DNA of 64,000 nucleotides from Escherichia coli (GTDB taxonomy: Bacteria; Pseudomonadota; Gammaproteobacteria; Enterobacterales; Enterobacteriaceae), in assembly GCF_013315695.1 (NCBI RefSeq), contig NZ_CP054353.1; one strand, 5' to 3'. How positions within the stretch are numbered: position 1 is the stretch's first letter; every line of letters starts with the position of its first letter. A program made the translations under genes and the position numbers. Positions 61,788 to 64,000 of the stretch are shown here, in pieces. A model generated the notes under the pieces. The model saw nothing but the letters and a program-made list of their open reading frames with translations. It searched no databases and was not told the origin of the DNA.

Positions 61788-62444
61788 CTAGCGTAATGGA
61801 ATGATATCGCCTTGCCAACCCTGTGATGAACGCTGACCGACTAACAATAATGAACCACGATCGGCGCGAACGATGAGACGACCATGTTCATCCCATAGTG
61901 CACTGTTACCACGGGCATTTGCCATCAGCACAGCAATCGAGTACTGATGTGAAAAAAATTGTAAGCGACGGGCCGACGCCAGCAGGTCGGGTTCTCCCAG
62001 ACATTGCCCTGTCGTAAACAGTGAACAGGTCGGGTCCATATCCATACCTTCCGGTTGTTCATCGACCACCGTGATGGTTCTGGAACGACGGCCCAGACAT
62101 GCACCATGACTCTGATGGTAGATCCCAGGCGTTTTACGCCACGGTGCGAACACCGCAATTCCACGAATAAAGCGATCGTTATATTCAACGGGAAGGCCGG
62201 CAATGATGGTCATTCGCCAGGTCGTTGCGGCATAACAAAGCGGGTCTAATAGCGAGAGATCGGGTGGGGCAGGAAGGGCATGTCGCGAATAATCACACCC
62301 CAGTAAAGAAAGCGATGGAAAAACTAACAGCTGACATTGTTGCCTGGCGGCGGCCCTCACAAACTCCAGATGATGAGCTACCTGTTCGGTGAGTGAGGTT
62401 TTACGGGGCTCATATTGCGCTGCTGCAACTTTCCAGAACGACAT
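61788..62444 (-). CDS. yobB: carbon-nitrogen hydrolase family protein YobB
   Basis: 218 aa MSFWKVAAAQYEPRKTSLTEQVAHHLEFVRAAARQQCQLLVFP... Confidence 0.88.
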   Translation of the reverse strand: MSFWKVAAAQYEPRKTSLTEQVAHHLEFVRAAARQQCQLLVFPSLSLLGCDYSRHALPAPPDLSLLDPLCYAATTWRMTIIAGLPVEYNDRFIRGIAVFAPWRKTPGIYHQSHGACLGRRSRTITVVDEQPEGMDMDPTCSLFTTGQCLGEPDLLASARRLQFFSHQYSIAVLMANARGNSALWDEHGRLIVRADRGSLLLVGQRSSQGWQGDIIPLR

Positions 62445-62545
62445 AATGACTTCCTTTTCAAAATGACTGCAAATTATGGGTGCGGTTTAGAAAATACTCA
62501 TAATTTAGCAGGCGTTATGTAAGAAAGTGTAACTATGTATAAGTT

Positions 62546-62776
62546 TTATTTAAGTTTGGGCTCGTAAGGTAAACGTGACAGATTGACCGAAGCCAAACGG
62601 TGGGCGATAAGCCGCTCGCGAAACCAGCTGCGCAAATGTTCAGGCTGTTCACGTTCAACCGCTTCAGCGATCACCGGCATATTGTAGCGTTCTTTAAATG
62701 CCACCCCTGCCGCCGCCAAATCGACATTCACTTTATCCATTTCTGTTTGATCCAGTTTAGCCAGATTCTTCAGCAT
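62546..62776 (-). CDS. holE: DNA polymerase III theta subunit
   Basis: 76 aa from ATG 62776 ([39 protein letters not shown]...); track ORF extends 29 codons upstream. Confidence 0.9.
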
Positions 62777-62914
62777 TCTTAATCTCCTCATCATTCGCGG
62801 GCAAAAGTTACTAAGAGTGAGCCTGGATGGCAAGCCGGAATTGATGATCCTCGACTCAGACATTAGACAAGGTTATGCTCTGTAAAAAAGTTATTACAAA
62901 AAGGAATAGATAAT

Positions 62915-63289
62915 ATGGCTTCAACTGCACGCTCCCTTCGCTACGCGCTGGCAATCCTGACCACTTCGTTGGTGACACCTTCCGTCTGGGCACATGCGCA
63001 TTTAATGCATCAGTATCCTGCAGCAAATGCGCAACTGACAGCTGCCCCGCAGGCAATCACTTTAAACTTCTCGGAAGGCGTTGAAACAGGATTCAGTGGT
63101 GCAAAAATCACGGGGCCAAAAAACGAAAATATTAAAACATTACCGGCGAAGCGAAATGAGCAGGACCCAAAGCAACTGATTGTTCCACTGGCCGATTCGC
63201 TGAAACCCGGAACCTACACCGTTAACTGGCATGTTGTTTCGGTGGATGGGCATAAAACGAAAGGACATTACACCTTTAGCGTGAAATAA
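62915..63289 (+). CDS. yobA: CopC-family periplasmic copper-binding protein (YobA)
   Basis: 124 aa with signal peptide MASTARSLRYALAILTTSLVTPSVWAHAH... Confidence 0.9.
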   Translation: MASTARSLRYALAILTTSLVTPSVWAHAHLMHQYPAANAQLTAAPQAITLNFSEGVETGFSGAKITGPKNENIKTLPAKRNEQDPKQLIVPLADSLKPGTYTVNWHVVSVDGHKTKGHYTFSVK

Positions 63290-63292
63290 ATC

Positions 63293-64000
63293 ATGCTGGC
63301 GTTTACCTGGATCGCGCTGCGATTTATCCATTTCACCTCGCTGATGCTGGTCTTTGGCTTCGCAATGTACGGTGCCTGGCTGGCCCCCTTAACGATTCGT
63401 CGCTTGCTGACGAAGCGTTTTCTGCGTTTACAACAGCACGCTGCCGTCTGGAGTTTGATCAGTACCACGGCAATGCTCGCCGTTCAGGGCGGGTTGATGG
63501 GAACGGGATGGTCAGATGTATTTTCGCCAAACATTTGGCAGGCTGTTTTGCAAACGCAGTTTGGTGGCGTCTGGTTATGGCAAATTGTTCTCGCCCTCGT
63601 AACGTTGATCGTCGCCCTTATGCAACCGCGGAATATGCCACGTTTGCTGTTTATGCTCACTACCGCGCAATTTTTTCTGCTGGCGGGAGTCGGGCATGCG
63701 ACGCTGAATGAAGGGGTAACGGCGAAAATCCATCAGACTAATCACGCGATTCACCTGATCTGTGCGGCGGCGTGGTTTGGAGGATTACTTCCGGTGCTCT
63801 GGTGTATGCAACTCATCAAAGGCCGTTGGCGACACCAGGCTATTCAGGCGCTGATGCGTTTTTCCTGGTGCGGGCATTTTGCGGTGATCGGTGTACTGGC
63901 AAGCGGCGTGCTTAATGCATTGTTGATTACCGGATTTCCCCCCACGCTTACGACTTACTGGGGCCAACTCTTATTGCTCAAAGCCATCATGGTGATGATT
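63293..64000 (+). CDS. yebZ: CopD-family inner membrane protein (YebZ), 3' end cut by window edge
   Basis: ATG 63293, MLAFTWIALRFIHFTSLMLVFGFAMYGAWLAPLTIRR..., open to the window end; not in the ORF track because no stop is reached. Confidence 0.88.
   Translation, partial: MLAFTWIALRFIHFTSLMLVFGFAMYGAWLAPLTIRRLLTKRFLRLQQHAAVWSLISTTAMLAVQGGLMGTGWSDVFSPNIWQAVLQTQFGGVWLWQIVLALVTLIVALMQPRNMPRLLFMLTTAQFFLLAGVGHATLNEGVTAKIHQTNHAIHLICAAAWFGGLLPVLWCMQLIKGRWRHQAIQALMRFSWCGHFAVIGVLASGVLNALLITGFPPTLTTYWGQLLLLKAIMVMI

Overview
This 64 kb window is core Escherichia coli / Shigella-type chromosome, co-linear with the K-12 yecH-ftnA ... copC-copD(yebZ) segment in inverted orientation. I recognise about 75 protein-coding genes from the six-frame track: ferritins ftnA/ftnB, araFGH, otsBA, uspC, the flhDC master regulator, motAB-cheAW, tar-tap-cheRBYZ, flhBAE, argS, cutC, torYZ, cmoAB, aspS, ruvC/ruvAB, znuABC, mepM, lpxM, pykA, hexR, zwf-edd-eda, purT, yebGFE, ptrB, exoX, holE and copCD. 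There are no rRNA or tRNA genes, CRISPR arrays or prophage/integrase modules. The unusual content is three independent lesions, all inside the flagellar/chemotaxis regulon: (1) a complete 1426-bp IS4 with a perfect 12-bp target-site duplication splitting motA; (2) tap reduced to a 227-bp remnant by an internal deletion of about 1.4 kb plus a frameshift; (3) a TGG->TGA nonsense codon removing the last 38 codons of flhB. flhDC and its long upstream region are intact and free of IS elements. I find no evidence for a novel defence, secretion or biosynthetic system; the system-level signal is decay of motility in an otherwise conserved region. All gene identifications rest on recall of E. coli protein sequences and synteny, not on database searches, and start codons are chosen by agreement with known protein N-termini.
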